A stretch of DNA of 51,458 nucleotides, from positions 1-51,458 of the forward strand of contig CAYNFT010000002.1 in the NCBI GenBank assembly GCA_964396535.1, given 5' to 3'. Made by a program: the position numbers and the translations under genes. This DNA is from an uncultured Dehalococcoidales bacterium. Lineage in GTDB: Bacteria; Chloroflexota; Dehalococcoidia; Dehalococcoidales; UBA2162. The stretch's first letter is position 1. Each line of letters starts with the position of its first letter. Below are positions 7,961-17,549 of this stretch, in pieces. The notes under the pieces were generated by a model. That model worked only from the letters and a program-made list of their open reading frames with translations. It was not told where the DNA came from and did not search any database.

Positions 7961-8917
7961 CTATCTCAGGATGCCCCTGACGATAACATCCACCGCCTCG
8001 CTCTCATCCAGCCCTCTTGCCATCAGTGTTTCTACCTGTCTCCGGTCAATACTACCTATGGCTGCCTCATGCGTTACCTTTGCCATCCCATTAGTTACCG
8101 AGACAATAGGTATTGCCCTGGCTACTGCCTCTGTCCCGTTAACCAGCTCCATACAATCAACATGCCCTCTGGCATAGGGAGCATTACCATAGGTTTCTCC
8201 CTTAACTTCAGCCTTAGCCCTATCGCTTAGCACCAGGCGGCTTTTAGCCATACCTCTGGCTCCCTCTCCATTGAGATAGATTTTCTCCCATATTTTTATA
8301 TCATCTTGCCCTTTCCCGTATGCCTTTACCACAAGTTCGGCAACAGCCTTCTCCTGACAGACTACCTCGAAATCGTAGTCCAGTTTACCAACCAGTCCCT
8401 GGCTTAAGGCGAAGGTGCTCTGCCAAACTCCGCCCTTGCCAACCTTAATCCTCGCCTTTGGAATTACCTCAATACCACCAGCCTCCCCATGATAATGGGT
8501 TTCCCTATAATCAAACCTGGCATTATTTCCAATCTCAATATCGGCGTCCATCTTGTGTATTACTTTGACGGCGTTGGGGAAGATACAGTGGGCAATTACA
8601 CTTACCTCGCTATTATCCTGAGCATTCACTTTCAAGATGATTTCCTGCAATCCTTCTTGAGGGAGAACGCCAAAACAAAGGTGGACGGGATGTTCTATCT
8701 TCGCTCCTTCTTCTACCAGTAAACGGACGTTAACACCGGTTTCCATCTCCTCTGTCTCGATTTTTAGCCCGCTAACTCCGTCAGCACCGAGAACTTTGTT
8801 CTCATGAATAACCAGCTTGGCTATATCCTTACTTACTAAAGAATTCCTGTCGCCGCCGGCCTTTTCATAGGCATCAACCATTCCCTCATATTCTTTCTCA
8901 ATTGAGCGACTAATCAT
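7961..8917 (-). CDS. SufB/SufD-family Fe-S cluster assembly protein (short form)
   Basis: 318 aa. The C-terminal beta-helix region has GHVDCMELV...AIPIVSVTNGMAKVTHEAAIGSIDRRQVETLMARGLDESEAVDVIVRG. It overlaps the sufC stop by 4 nt. Confidence 0.85.
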   Translation of the reverse strand: MISRSIEKEYEGMVDAYEKAGGDRNSLVSKDIAKLVIHENKVLGADGVSGLKIETEEMETGVNVRLLVEEGAKIEHPVHLCFGVLPQEGLQEIILKVNAQDNSEVSVIAHCIFPNAVKVIHKMDADIEIGNNARFDYRETHYHGEAGGIEVIPKARIKVGKGGVWQSTFALSQGLVGKLDYDFEVVCQEKAVAELVVKAYGKGQDDIKIWEKIYLNGEGARGMAKSRLVLSDRAKAEVKGETYGNAPYARGHVDCMELVNGTEAVARAIPIVSVTNGMAKVTHEAAIGSIDRRQVETLMARGLDESEAVDVIVRGILR

Positions 8918-9669
8918 GATTTCTCACCCTTCTCTATCAATTCACTAAGGTTTTCATATATTGGTTTATTAATATGAGCACAGCTCTTACAATTCTCCTT
9001 GAACCACAAGCAGGTCTCTGCCGCTTCCCCGGTCGTCAGTATTGCGCCGGCGCACAGTACAGAAACCCTGTGAGCTATTTCCACCACCTGCTCACTATGG
9101 GTAATCAACAGCACCGATGTCCCCTGCTTATTCATCTCTACTATACCGTCTAGAATAGAGGGTAATGACACAATATCTATGCCGGAATCAGGCTCATCCA
9201 GTATAGCCAGTTTGGGTTGCATAGCTATAATAGAAGCCAGCTCTATCCTCTTTCTTTCACCACCACTCAGGGTATTATCAATGTCTCTATCCAAATACCG
9301 TTGAGGCTCCATCCCCACCATACGCAAACAATCATTAATGCGCTTAATCCCCGGATTATTACCGCTTAAGTCGAGGTAGTCCCGAACTGTCAACCCCTCA
9401 ATCCTGGCCGGCTCCTGCCAGGCCAGACTTATCCCCTTCTTTGCCCTTTGGGATACGGAGAGCCCGCTAATATCCTCACCCTCAAAAATAATCCTTCCCT
9501 CACTTGCCTTGTAGTTGTTTGACCCCATTACGAGGTAAGCAAGAGTGGTCTTTCCGGTGCCATTCTCCCCCAGCACCCCGTGTATTTCGCCCTTTTCAAC
9601 ATTTAAATTCAGACCATTTATTATTGGCTTGCCATTCAGCCTCAAAAAGAGATTCTCCACCTGTAGCAC
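8914..9669 (-). CDS. sufC: Fe-S cluster assembly ATPase SufC
   Basis: Walker A GENGTGKTT, signature LSGGERKR and Walker B LAILDEPDSGID are present. The start is moved to GTG 9669 (GGAGGTGATAGC GTG) from the tracked TTG 9690. Confidence 0.9.
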   Translation of the reverse strand: MLQVENLFLRLNGKPIINGLNLNVEKGEIHGVLGENGTGKTTLAYLVMGSNNYKASEGRIIFEGEDISGLSVSQRAKKGISLAWQEPARIEGLTVRDYLDLSGNNPGIKRINDCLRMVGMEPQRYLDRDIDNTLSGGERKRIELASIIAMQPKLAILDEPDSGIDIVSLPSILDGIVEMNKQGTSVLLITHSEQVVEIAHRVSVLCAGAILTTGEAAETCLWFKENCKSCAHINKPIYENLSELIEKGEKS

Positions 9670-9791
9670 GCTATCACCTCCAATCTCCAAACTGGGGAGC
9701 CACCCGGTTTTTCAGAATAATACAGGTCACCCTACCTTCAAGTATAATGAATCGAACCAATGAACTCAAGCAATACCCAAAGATTCTTATT

Positions 9792-9874
9792 AACCCAAAC
9801 CCCTTAGTCCCCCTCTCCTTAAAAGGAGAGGGGGAAGAGTTTGTAAGAGAGGCTTCGCCTCTCTTTAACTCTCC
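9792..9874. repeat. modular intergenic repeat, copy R6 (M1 variant + M2 variant)
   Basis: The sequence is AACCCAAACCCCTTAGTCC, CCCTCTCCTT-aaa-AGGAGAGGGGG, then AAGAGAGGC-ttc-GCCTCTCTTTAACTCTCC. Confidence 0.8.
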
Positions 9875-9911
9875 TTAGACTGGTATGTTACAATCTAATG
9901 GAGGTGCGCCT

Positions 9912-10523
9912 GTGCTCCCCATTCTGGCAAGCGTGTTTGTAATTTCACTATCAGGGGTAATGATACCCGGCCCGATGTTTGCCGTGACGGTGGCTAAAAG
10001 CTATCGGTCACCATGGGCCAGCACTCAGTTAGCTATCGGTCATGCCGTAATAGAAATTCCCCTGATATTGCTAATATACTTCGGCTTTGCTCGATTCTTT
10101 GAAAATAACACCGTGCAGCTAGTACTGAGCTTGCTCGGCGGCGCTATGATTATATGGATGGGTATAGCTATGTTTCGAGCCAGGGCTGAGGTTGTTCAGA
10201 GAGGCAATGATTTACCCTATAACGCCTTTGTTGCCGGTATCCTCACCAGCGGGCTCAACCCCTACTTCCTGCTGTGGTGGGCGGCCGTCGGCAGTATGCT
10301 GTTGATGAAATTCCTAGACTTCGGCACAACAGGATTAATCGCGTTTATTCTTGTCCACTGGATGTGCGACCTGGCCTGGCTTTCGGTAGTTTCGCTCCTG
10401 ATTCATAAAACTCAGACGCTCTGGGGAAGGAAAGCGCAAGAGGGAATATTCATTATCTGCAGCCTGTTGCTCATCGGCTTTGGCGGCTGGTTTCTGGTAT
10501 CAGGTATCCGGATTATGATATAG
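9912..10523 (+). CDS. LysE/RhtB family amino-acid exporter
   Basis: It is a multi-TM protein with an N-terminal ...SGVMIPGPMFAVT motif. The start is moved to GTG 9912 (GGAGGTG cgcct GTG) from the tracked ATG 9885. Confidence 0.75.
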   Translation: MLPILASVFVISLSGVMIPGPMFAVTVAKSYRSPWASTQLAIGHAVIEIPLILLIYFGFARFFENNTVQLVLSLLGGAMIIWMGIAMFRARAEVVQRGNDLPYNAFVAGILTSGLNPYFLLWWAAVGSMLLMKFLDFGTTGLIAFILVHWMCDLAWLSVVSLLIHKTQTLWGRKAQEGIFIICSLLLIGFGGWFLVSGIRIMI

Positions 10524-10610
10524 GTAGCTGTTATTCAGTATCAGTCTTTTGTCGACCAGATGTCACATTTATACGAAGGCTGCAAGCGGAAACAAGACAT
10601 TGCTCACACT

Positions 10611-11471
10611 CTATGTTGAAGGTTCAACATGAATAGTTACACTGGAATTAGCTAGCCTGCTTTTTATATCATCCTCCAAATGGTCGCATATCTGGTGCGC
10701 CTCTTCCAAACTGGCATTCCTGGGCAGCGTTAAGTGAAGGTCAATGAAGCGCTGACTTCCCGCCTTACGGGTACGTAATTTATGGAAACCGGCTAGCTGT
10801 GCAGTGTGCTCCCTGATGATAGCGACTATTTCATCCTCCTCTTCCTTGGGTAATCTCGTGTCCATCAGACCAGTAAATGACTTCCTAATCGTAAGGTAGG
10901 CAGTTCTGGCAATTATTGCAGATACTAAAAGAGCAACGATGGGATCAAGTATACTAATCCCTGTCAGCCTTACTAGAATTAGCCCGACCAGGACTGCGAC
11001 TGAGCTAAATACATCGGCAGACATGTCACGAGCAGTTGCTTCCAAAGCTACAGAATCAGTAGCACGGGATACTCTTAATGCATGCCAAGAAACAACCGTA
11101 TTTACCACAATTGCCGCTGCCGTTACATAAATCCCTACCGTAACTAATTCTACAGTTCCCCCGGTAATCAGCTTTCTTATTGCCTGATAAAAAATTGTGC
11201 CGGCGGCAATAAATATCAAGCCCGCTATGATACCGCTGGCGATATTCTCCGCCTTACCATGTCCGAAGGCATGCTCCTCATCAGCCGGTCTACCTGCAAC
11301 CTTGATGCCAATATAACCGATAACTACCCCCGATAGGTCAATAACACTATGAACGGCATCAGCCACGATAGCTATGCTCCCCGTAATGATACCGGCAACC
11401 ACTTTCATGGCAATCAACACGCAAATAGCCAGAATAGACAGTTTAGCAACGCTCTCTTTAGTAGATAACAT
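10611..11471 (-). CDS. cation diffusion facilitator (CDF) family metal efflux transporter
   Basis: 286 aa with 6 predicted TM helices. TM2 and TM5 have HSVIDL / SADVFSS-type metal-site residues. The C-terminal cytoplasmic domain reads FHKLRTRKAGSQRFIDLHL. Confidence 0.85.
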   Translation of the reverse strand: MLSTKESVAKLSILAICVLIAMKVVAGIITGSIAIVADAVHSVIDLSGVVIGYIGIKVAGRPADEEHAFGHGKAENIASGIIAGLIFIAAGTIFYQAIRKLITGGTVELVTVGIYVTAAAIVVNTVVSWHALRVSRATDSVALEATARDMSADVFSSVAVLVGLILVRLTGISILDPIVALLVSAIIARTAYLTIRKSFTGLMDTRLPKEEEDEIVAIIREHTAQLAGFHKLRTRKAGSQRFIDLHLTLPRNASLEEAHQICDHLEDDIKSRLANSSVTIHVEPST

Positions 11472-11483
11472 GATTTATGCCCT

Positions 11484-12404
11484 TTAGCTTTGGCGCTTGA
11501 CAACAGTAGCCCACGGAATAAATCTGCCCCATCCTCCCTTTCTCCAGACCACCAGCAGCGAAGGAGCGATAAAGAGCGAGCTATAGGTTCCGGCAATGAT
11601 GCCAATCAATAGAACTACGGCGAAATTCTGAATTGCTGTCCCAACAAAGAGCAACAGGGCTAATACGACAAATAATGTGGTTAAGCTCGTATTCAAGGAA
11701 CGACTCATGGTCTCAACCAGACTATTATTAACCACAACCTCAAAGTCAGCCCTTGTATCCCTGGTCAAATTCTCGCGTATTCTATCAAAAACAACTACGG
11801 TATTATTCACACTATAACCAATGACAGCCAGTATACCTATAACAAACTTCAAATCAATTTCCCAGCCAAATAAACCGCCGAGAATGGAAAAGACACCTAA
11901 TGCTACCAGAGTATCGTGGAGCAGGGCTATTACGGCACAGGTACCATAATGGAAGGGGTTCGGCATCCTACGAAACGCCCAGGCAATATAAAGCAGTATG
12001 CCGACAGCAGCCACAGCTACAGCAATAGCCGCATTCCGTGTTGTTTCAGCAGCCACCATTTCACTAACGTCGTCAAATTCCCTAACGTTGAGAGTCTCGA
12101 AAGTAGAGGTCAGGTCAGCCTCTAACTCAGTCTTGTCCTTAGAACTCAACCTTGGTAAACGAACTAAGAACTCGTCTTCTCCGACACGTTGAATAATGAC
12201 ATTGGCATAGCCCAAACTAGCCAGTTCCTCTTCCAGCTCACCTTTATCTACTTTCTTTTCGAAGCCAACCGTCATTACCGAACCACTACTGAATTCAACC
12301 CCCGCTTTGAGGCCAAAGACCGCCAGAGAGATAACACAAACGAGTATCACCACACCGGCAATAATAAAGAACCAGAGCCTTTTGCCAATTATATTAAACA
12401 TCAT
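11484..12404 (-). CDS. secF: protein translocase subunit SecF
   Basis: SecF pattern: FNIIGKRLWFF..., GYSVNNTVVVFDRIREN. The start is set at ATG 12404, which overlaps the secD TGA as ATGA. The tracked ORF extends to 12434. Confidence 0.9.
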   Translation of the reverse strand: MMFNIIGKRLWFFIIAGVVILVCVISLAVFGLKAGVEFSSGSVMTVGFEKKVDKGELEEELASLGYANVIIQRVGEDEFLVRLPRLSSKDKTELEADLTSTFETLNVREFDDVSEMVAAETTRNAAIAVAVAAVGILLYIAWAFRRMPNPFHYGTCAVIALLHDTLVALGVFSILGGLFGWEIDLKFVIGILAVIGYSVNNTVVVFDRIRENLTRDTRADFEVVVNNSLVETMSRSLNTSLTTLFVVLALLLFVGTAIQNFAVVLLIGIIAGTYSSLFIAPSLLVVWRKGGWGRFIPWATVVKRQS

Positions 12405-13747
12405 TTCTTTCCCAGATGAGGGCTGAACAGCCACGTTCGCTGCGCCAAGGGACCACCTATGAATAGGCGCAGCAATGTTCGAGTAACTACAATAGCAGTA
12501 AACATGCTTACCACCACACCGATGGCTAGGGTAAGAGCAAAACCCTGTACCGGAGCACTGGCGACAATGCTACTGCCTAACCAAAAGAGAATAAAACAGA
12601 CAATAAGGGTAGTTACATTGCCATCACGAATCGCTGTCCAGGCACGATTAAAACCAGCCTCAATAGCTGCCCCTAACGTTCGCCCCTCTCTAAGTTCTTC
12701 CTTCATCCGCTCAAAGATGAGCACATTGGCATCTACCGCCATACCTATGGACAGGATAAAGCCACCCAGCCCAGCCAGAGTAAGGGTGAAACCCGGCCAT
12801 AATTTGAATATTGCCAATACCAGCACCCCGTAAAAAATCAACGCCAGGCTGGCTAAAAATCCAGACAGGCGGTAGTAGAAAACTATAAACAGCATGACTA
12901 TTACTATGCCAATCAGCCCTGCCTTAACACTCATTCCAACGAAATCAGAGCCCAGTATGGGCGATACTGTTTGGTCATAAATTATTTCCAGGGGCACCGG
13001 CAAACGACCAAAGTTCAATTGCCCGGATAACCGGGTAGCATCATTCAAGGTCAATCCCGTAATTACACCCCTATCTACAATTGTCGACTGAACAGTGGGA
13101 GCAACAGGCCTGCCATCATCCCCTCGCAGAGCATCATCACCGTCAAAAATAGCCAGCGGCTCACCAATGAGCCGACTGGTAATTTCTTCAGATAACTGGC
13201 TCCCTTCCTTATCCCATTCAAAGTGAAGCTCTATTCTGCCATAATCGTCTCTGCCCACCTGTGTGTTTGTCTTGAAGTAGCGGCTGGTCAGTTCCTTTTC
13301 CTCGCCGCTAATGTTAGCGGTAGCTGGCTTCCATTTGCCCAGCTCATTCTCCCACCTGGCCATTTCATTATCGGTGGTCAGTTCCCCAAACTCAAGTATG
13401 TCAACACGAGCAAGCCTCTCCTTTTCCTTATCGGTAATGTCGACTCCTGGCAGTTCAACCACAATTCTATCGTCACCCTGTATCTGGATAACTGGCTCGG
13501 TTACCCCCAGTGGGTTAACCCGGTTCTCCAGCACTGCCTTCGCCCCCTCCAGAGCACTATCCCGGTCACCCGGCTCAATTGAAGACAGGTCAGCCTGATA
13601 AACGACATGAATGCCACCCTGCAAATCCAATCCCAGCCTTACTCCTCTCTTTCCCAGTATCCCCTCTTCAATAGGCAAAACTACCAGTGTGGCCAGGGTG
13701 AAAATTATCAATACTATTATGAAAAGCAGCGTATTTCTTCTAATCAT
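12401..13747 (-). CDS. secD: protein translocase subunit SecD
   Basis: 448 aa with LGLDLQGGIHVVYQAD, a periplasmic domain, and the C-terminal TM bundle GMAVDANVLIFERMKEE. Confidence 0.9.
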   Translation of the reverse strand: MIRRNTLLFIIVLIIFTLATLVVLPIEEGILGKRGVRLGLDLQGGIHVVYQADLSSIEPGDRDSALEGAKAVLENRVNPLGVTEPVIQIQGDDRIVVELPGVDITDKEKERLARVDILEFGELTTDNEMARWENELGKWKPATANISGEEKELTSRYFKTNTQVGRDDYGRIELHFEWDKEGSQLSEEITSRLIGEPLAIFDGDDALRGDDGRPVAPTVQSTIVDRGVITGLTLNDATRLSGQLNFGRLPVPLEIIYDQTVSPILGSDFVGMSVKAGLIGIVIVMLFIVFYYRLSGFLASLALIFYGVLVLAIFKLWPGFTLTLAGLGGFILSIGMAVDANVLIFERMKEELREGRTLGAAIEAGFNRAWTAIRDGNVTTLIVCFILFWLGSSIVASAPVQGFALTLAIGVVVSMFTAIVVTRTLLRLFIGGPLAQRTWLFSPHLGKK

Positions 13748-13795
13748 ACTTTCCCTACTCTATCAAAGGAAATTCGAATGGCTCCGCCCACCCTT

Positions 13796-15358
13796 TCAAT
13801 TCTGTCCCTTCCCTTCTTTTAAGGAACGAAGCGAGGCCACTAATCTATCAATAAAGGACAGTACCTCCTCTCTGGTAGCTACCTCCCCTGAGGCTTGGGC
13901 TTCACGCACCGCCTCCAGCACTTCTCCAACTTCGGGTCCCGGACTCATACCAAAGATACTGATTATATCATATCCGTCAACCAGCTTGGGAGGGTGAACT
14001 ATATTTTCTTGCTCAAAATGCTGTCTGATTACATAATCGACCTTTTGAGCGTGCTTCCGCCAGCTAGCCATATCCAGGTTGGGACCTCTTGTGGCCAGGT
14101 GGTCAGCCAGGCTCAGGAAAAGTATATCAAGACCAGCCTCCCCGGTATCACGAAAATATCGGTAAATAGCCCTATGAGTTGGAATTTCATCATCATTACT
14201 CATCTGTCCCGGCCGAAGGTGATACTTCACTTCAGTCTCTACCAGCTTTACCTCTTTAGCGCTAAACCTCAGCCTTTCCAGCATATTCGCTGCTATGGCT
14301 GCCCCTTCATTAGCATGTCCTAAAAAACGCATCCGTCCACCAGCCTCAATAGCTTTAGTTTGAGGTTTACTAACGTCATGAAGGAGCGCCGCCAGTTTAA
14401 GCAGTAACCTTCTGTTGCTACCACTATTAACCTCCTGACCAAAGTGCTTAGCCAATACTACTGACCATGGAACGGCAGCCAGGACCTCTCCACTAGCATA
14501 CTCCCAGTCCCCATGCCTGAGCAAAAAGTCGACAGCAATCACCGTCTTAAGAGAGTGTTCAAAAACATTCCAGAAGTGCTCTTTGGGTTGCTCAACGCCC
14601 TTTGTCTCGCCTAATTCTGGAAACAAAGCCGTCAGTAAGCTCAGTTCATCAAGGTAGGCTAAAAATTGTCTATCACCAGGAACGTTCAGCAACCGCAGAA
14701 GCTCTTCTCTTACTCGCTCACCAGCTACATTAGCTATAAGGTGAGAATAGTGCCGAATTAGAGCCTCAGTCTTCTTATCAATACTGAAACCAAGCTCGGC
14801 AGCCAGACGCACTGCCCGCAATAAGCGCACCGCATCCGAAGCGAAGGCTTTCTCAGCAACTACCCGAATTATACCATGACGAAGGTCATCCCAGCCATTC
14901 AAAGGGTCTATAAGCTGGACATCAGAAAAAACCTTAACCACTTGGGTAAGGTTAACTGCCATAGCATCTATAGTGAAATCACGCCTTGCCAGGTCCTGCT
15001 CAATGCTACCTGTAAATGTGGAGAAATCAATCACACCTTGAATGCCGGGTGAAGGTGCTTCCCTATCAACCAGAACCACCCTGCCCACCCTATTTACCCT
15101 ATCCAATAGAACATACTTACCACCAAGAGCAGTGGCTACCTCGGGGGCAACTTCTAGGGCATTCTGCGCTACGGCAATATCAATATCAGCCGTATCCCGC
15201 CCCAGCAACACATCGCGCACAAAGCCACCAACGACATATGACTCAATCTCTTGGCTGACAAGAAAATTTCCTACCTTGCTTAGTAGTAACCAGACTTCTG
15301 ACTTCATTAGTCTGCGGAAAGAGTCTTCCAGGTCCACTTCAGCAAAGCTCATTCTCAT
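13796..15358 (-). CDS. cca: CCA-adding tRNA nucleotidyltransferase / poly(A) polymerase family with HD domain
   Basis: 520 aa with the head-domain motif VVGGFVRDVLLGRDTADIDIAV, the RRDFTIDAMA motif and the HD region LLHDVSKP. Confidence 0.85.
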   Translation of the reverse strand: MRMSFAEVDLEDSFRRLMKSEVWLLLSKVGNFLVSQEIESYVVGGFVRDVLLGRDTADIDIAVAQNALEVAPEVATALGGKYVLLDRVNRVGRVVLVDREAPSPGIQGVIDFSTFTGSIEQDLARRDFTIDAMAVNLTQVVKVFSDVQLIDPLNGWDDLRHGIIRVVAEKAFASDAVRLLRAVRLAAELGFSIDKKTEALIRHYSHLIANVAGERVREELLRLLNVPGDRQFLAYLDELSLLTALFPELGETKGVEQPKEHFWNVFEHSLKTVIAVDFLLRHGDWEYASGEVLAAVPWSVVLAKHFGQEVNSGSNRRLLLKLAALLHDVSKPQTKAIEAGGRMRFLGHANEGAAIAANMLERLRFSAKEVKLVETEVKYHLRPGQMSNDDEIPTHRAIYRYFRDTGEAGLDILFLSLADHLATRGPNLDMASWRKHAQKVDYVIRQHFEQENIVHPPKLVDGYDIISIFGMSPGPEVGEVLEAVREAQASGEVATREEVLSFIDRLVASLRSLKEGKGQN

Positions 15359-15430
15359 AACCCTCGACTTTTATCTCCACGCAAAAACTATACTACCGCT
15401 GAATTAATTTATCAAGGGAAACTAAAGTAC

Positions 15431-15459
15431 TTGACAAATGGCATATTTATCGCTATAAT
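15431..15459 (+). promoter_or_regulatory. sigma70-type consensus promoter (TTGACA-17 nt-TATAAT)
   Basis: TTGACA at 15431-15436, a 17-nt spacer, and TATAAT at 15454-15459. It lies 31 nt upstream of ATG 15490. Confidence 0.6.
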
Positions 15460-15489
15460 TTTGCCATAAGTCATCGCAGAGGCATTGCT

Positions 15490-15933
15490 ATGATAGTGAG
15501 AACAAGGATTTTTGAGTTTTGCAATGGCTACTATAAAAACCTTTCTGAATTGGCCACAGCTATGGAAATATCGGTAAGTCAGATTTACCGTGTGCGGGAA
15601 GGTAAGCGCCAAATCAACCAAAAATTCATTGTCGGAGCGATGAAAGCCTTTCCCAATCACAAGCTTGATGATCTGTTTTACCTCACCCCTGAATTGCCAA
15701 CTGTCACCAAAAACTATCACCGCCAGCACTCAGCAACACATTCCACAGATAAACCAACCGACAAAGAGAAGCAAATAACAAAGAGGTTTATTTCAGCTAC
15801 CGAGGAGTATGGTCAGCACCTCAAGAACCACAATAGCGCCACCACAAGCCTCCGTGATACATCTCGAGAAATGAAAAGGTGTACAGAGATAGCAAATAAG
15901 GCTCTGTTTTATCTAACAAGTTCGCACAATTAG
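15490..15933 (+). CDS. helix-turn-helix DNA-binding protein, hypothetical regulator
   Basis: 147 aa. The N-terminal segment LSELATAMEISVSQIYRVREGKRQIN is HTH-like. The C-terminal half is low-complexity (T/S/K/H rich). Confidence 0.6.
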   Translation: MIVRTRIFEFCNGYYKNLSELATAMEISVSQIYRVREGKRQINQKFIVGAMKAFPNHKLDDLFYLTPELPTVTKNYHRQHSATHSTDKPTDKEKQITKRFISATEEYGQHLKNHNSATTSLRDTSREMKRCTEIANKALFYLTSSHN

Positions 15934-15969
15934 ACCGCCGAGAAATGGCGTTTTCAGCGGAAGTAAAAA

Positions 15970-16007
15970 CAAGGTGGGTGAAATCACTTCACCCCCTTGT
16001 TTTTTTA
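15970..16007 (+). terminator. rho-independent terminator
   Basis: CAAGGTGGGTGAA-atc-ACTTCACCCCCTTG followed by TTTTTTT. The stem has a GGGTGAA/TTCACCC core plus a CAAGG/CCTTG extension with one bulge. Confidence 0.7.
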
Positions 16008-16025
16008 AAATTTAGATGGTATACT
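15997..16025 (+). promoter_or_regulatory. candidate nuo operon promoter (extended -10)
   Basis: TGgTATACT at 16017-16025, with the weak -35 TTGTTT at 15997-16002. GGAGGA at 16050-16055 precedes the TTG start at 16062. Confidence 0.35.
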
Positions 16026-16061
16026 GATAACCGCTATTGTTTAAGTCACGGAGGATGATAG

Positions 16062-16433
16062 TTGCTAGCTGATTTTGGCTATGTTGGTTTATTTATCATC
16101 TTTACTGTTCTTTTTTGTCTTTTAATTATTATAATCCCCGTAATTCTCAGATTTTTAAAAGTTGTCCCCCACAATCCCAATCCTATCAAAAATGCTACCT
16201 TCGAGTGTGGAATGGAAACCATAGGCAAGACGTGGGTGCAATTTAACTTCCGTTACTATTTTTATGCCCTGGTGTTTTTAGCTCTCGATGTACTGGTTGT
16301 CTTCCTGTATCCATGGGCGGTTGACCTCAAAGAACTGGGCTATACTGGTCTCGTCGGAGTACTTATTCTGCTATTCATTGTTGTCGTCGGGTATCTCTAT
16401 GCCTGGCGGAAGAAGGTTCTGGAATGGAAGTAG
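16062..16433 (+). CDS. nuoA: NADH-quinone oxidoreductase subunit A
   Basis: 123 aa with 3 TM helices and the ND3-type motif FECG...F.F.YY.YAL.FL.LDV. It is first in the conserved nuo gene order. Confidence 0.9.
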   Translation: MLADFGYVGLFIIFTVLFCLLIIIIPVILRFLKVVPHNPNPIKNATFECGMETIGKTWVQFNFRYYFYALVFLALDVLVVFLYPWAVDLKELGYTGLVGVLILLFIVVVGYLYAWRKKVLEWK

Positions 16434-17026
16434 ACAGAGCGAGGGATTATATCTATGCTGATACAGAGCTTGACCAGGTTGAAGGTCAGGTTATTGAGGA
16501 AGTGAAGGCGAACAGCCAGGAGGTAATCCCTGACCCTGACCAGTGGTTGGACGAGGAACTGGAGCAGAATATCCTGCTAACCACGGTAGATTGGGTGATT
16601 AACTGGGGACGGCGTTCTTCACCATGGGTATCGTTATGTTTCCCGGCTTGTTGCGCCTTCGAGTTTATTGCTGCTATGGGTCCTCGCTTTGACATCTCAC
16701 GTTTTGGCATGGAAATCCTCCGTGCCTCACCTCGCCAGGCAGACCTGATGATTACCGCCGGTACCCTGACGTGGAAGATGGCACCCAATATAAGACGAAT
16801 ATATAACCAGATGGCTGAGCCAAAATGGGTAATAGCCATGGGGGCGTGTGCTATCAGCGGCGGTATTTTCCGTTCGTCTTATAACGTAGTCCCGGGATAT
16901 AATCACATAATACCGGTTGATGTATATGTGCCCGGATGCCCGCCTCGCCCGGAAGGCTTAATTTACGGTATCCAGATGCTGCAAAAAAAGATAGCTCAAA
17001 GAAGGAACTTTGCACAGAAAGGTTAA
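16424..17026 (+). CDS. nuoB: NADH-quinone oxidoreductase subunit B
   Basis: Cluster N2 ligand motifs [15 protein letters not shown] and VPGCPPRPE are present. Confidence 0.9.
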   Translation: MEVDRARDYIYADTELDQVEGQVIEEVKANSQEVIPDPDQWLDEELEQNILLTTVDWVINWGRRSSPWVSLCFPACCAFEFIAAMGPRFDISRFGMEILRASPRQADLMITAGTLTWKMAPNIRRIYNQMAEPKWVIAMGACAISGGIFRSSYNVVPGYNHIIPVDVYVPGCPPRPEGLIYGIQMLQKKIAQRRNFAQKG

Positions 17027-17033
17027 GTAAGGG

Positions 17034-17474
17034 ATGACTATCGCTCTTTCCGGTAAAGAAGTAGCCGCCAAACTGGAGCAACAATTTCCGACAAGCATTA
17101 TCGAATCAAGTGAAGATAGCTTCCTTGTCAAGAGCGAATCTCTATTCGATATAATATCATTTCTAAAAACCACGCCTGAGCTTGAATTCAATTACCTTAG
17201 CTGTATTACCGCTGTCGATTATCTCGACTATTTTGAGGTAGTTTATTTTCTTACATCAATGGAGCGTAACCACAGCCTGGTGGTAAAGACCCGCTGTTAT
17301 GGTCGGGAGAATCTCGTAGTCCCCTCAATAGTAAGTTTATACGAGGCAGCTAACCCTCAGGAGCGAGAAATCTACGACCTTATGGGCATTAGCTTTGAAG
17401 GCCACCCCAATATGAAGCGCATATTTCTCTGGGAGGGTTTTCAAGGGCACCCATTACGCAAGGATTATCTGTAA
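17034..17474 (+). CDS. nuoC: NADH-quinone oxidoreductase subunit C
   Basis: 30-kDa subunit motif EREIYDLMGISFEGHPNMKRIFL...HPLRKDY. Confidence 0.9.
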   Translation: MTIALSGKEVAAKLEQQFPTSIIESSEDSFLVKSESLFDIISFLKTTPELEFNYLSCITAVDYLDYFEVVYFLTSMERNHSLVVKTRCYGRENLVVPSIVSLYEAANPQEREIYDLMGISFEGHPNMKRIFLWEGFQGHPLRKDYL

Positions 17475-17549
17475 AGCCACTGAACAACTTGATTCTTCAA
17501 TATGTCAGGGCTGATTACCGGAAAGTGGAGGGTTACGGAGACTAAAAAG

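Noticed and set aside
15412-15729. 105-aa minus-strand ORF overlapping the HTH gene and its promoter.
   Set aside because: It is antisense to an ORF that has a perfect promoter, an HTH motif and a terminator. It has no RBS and no motif of its own.
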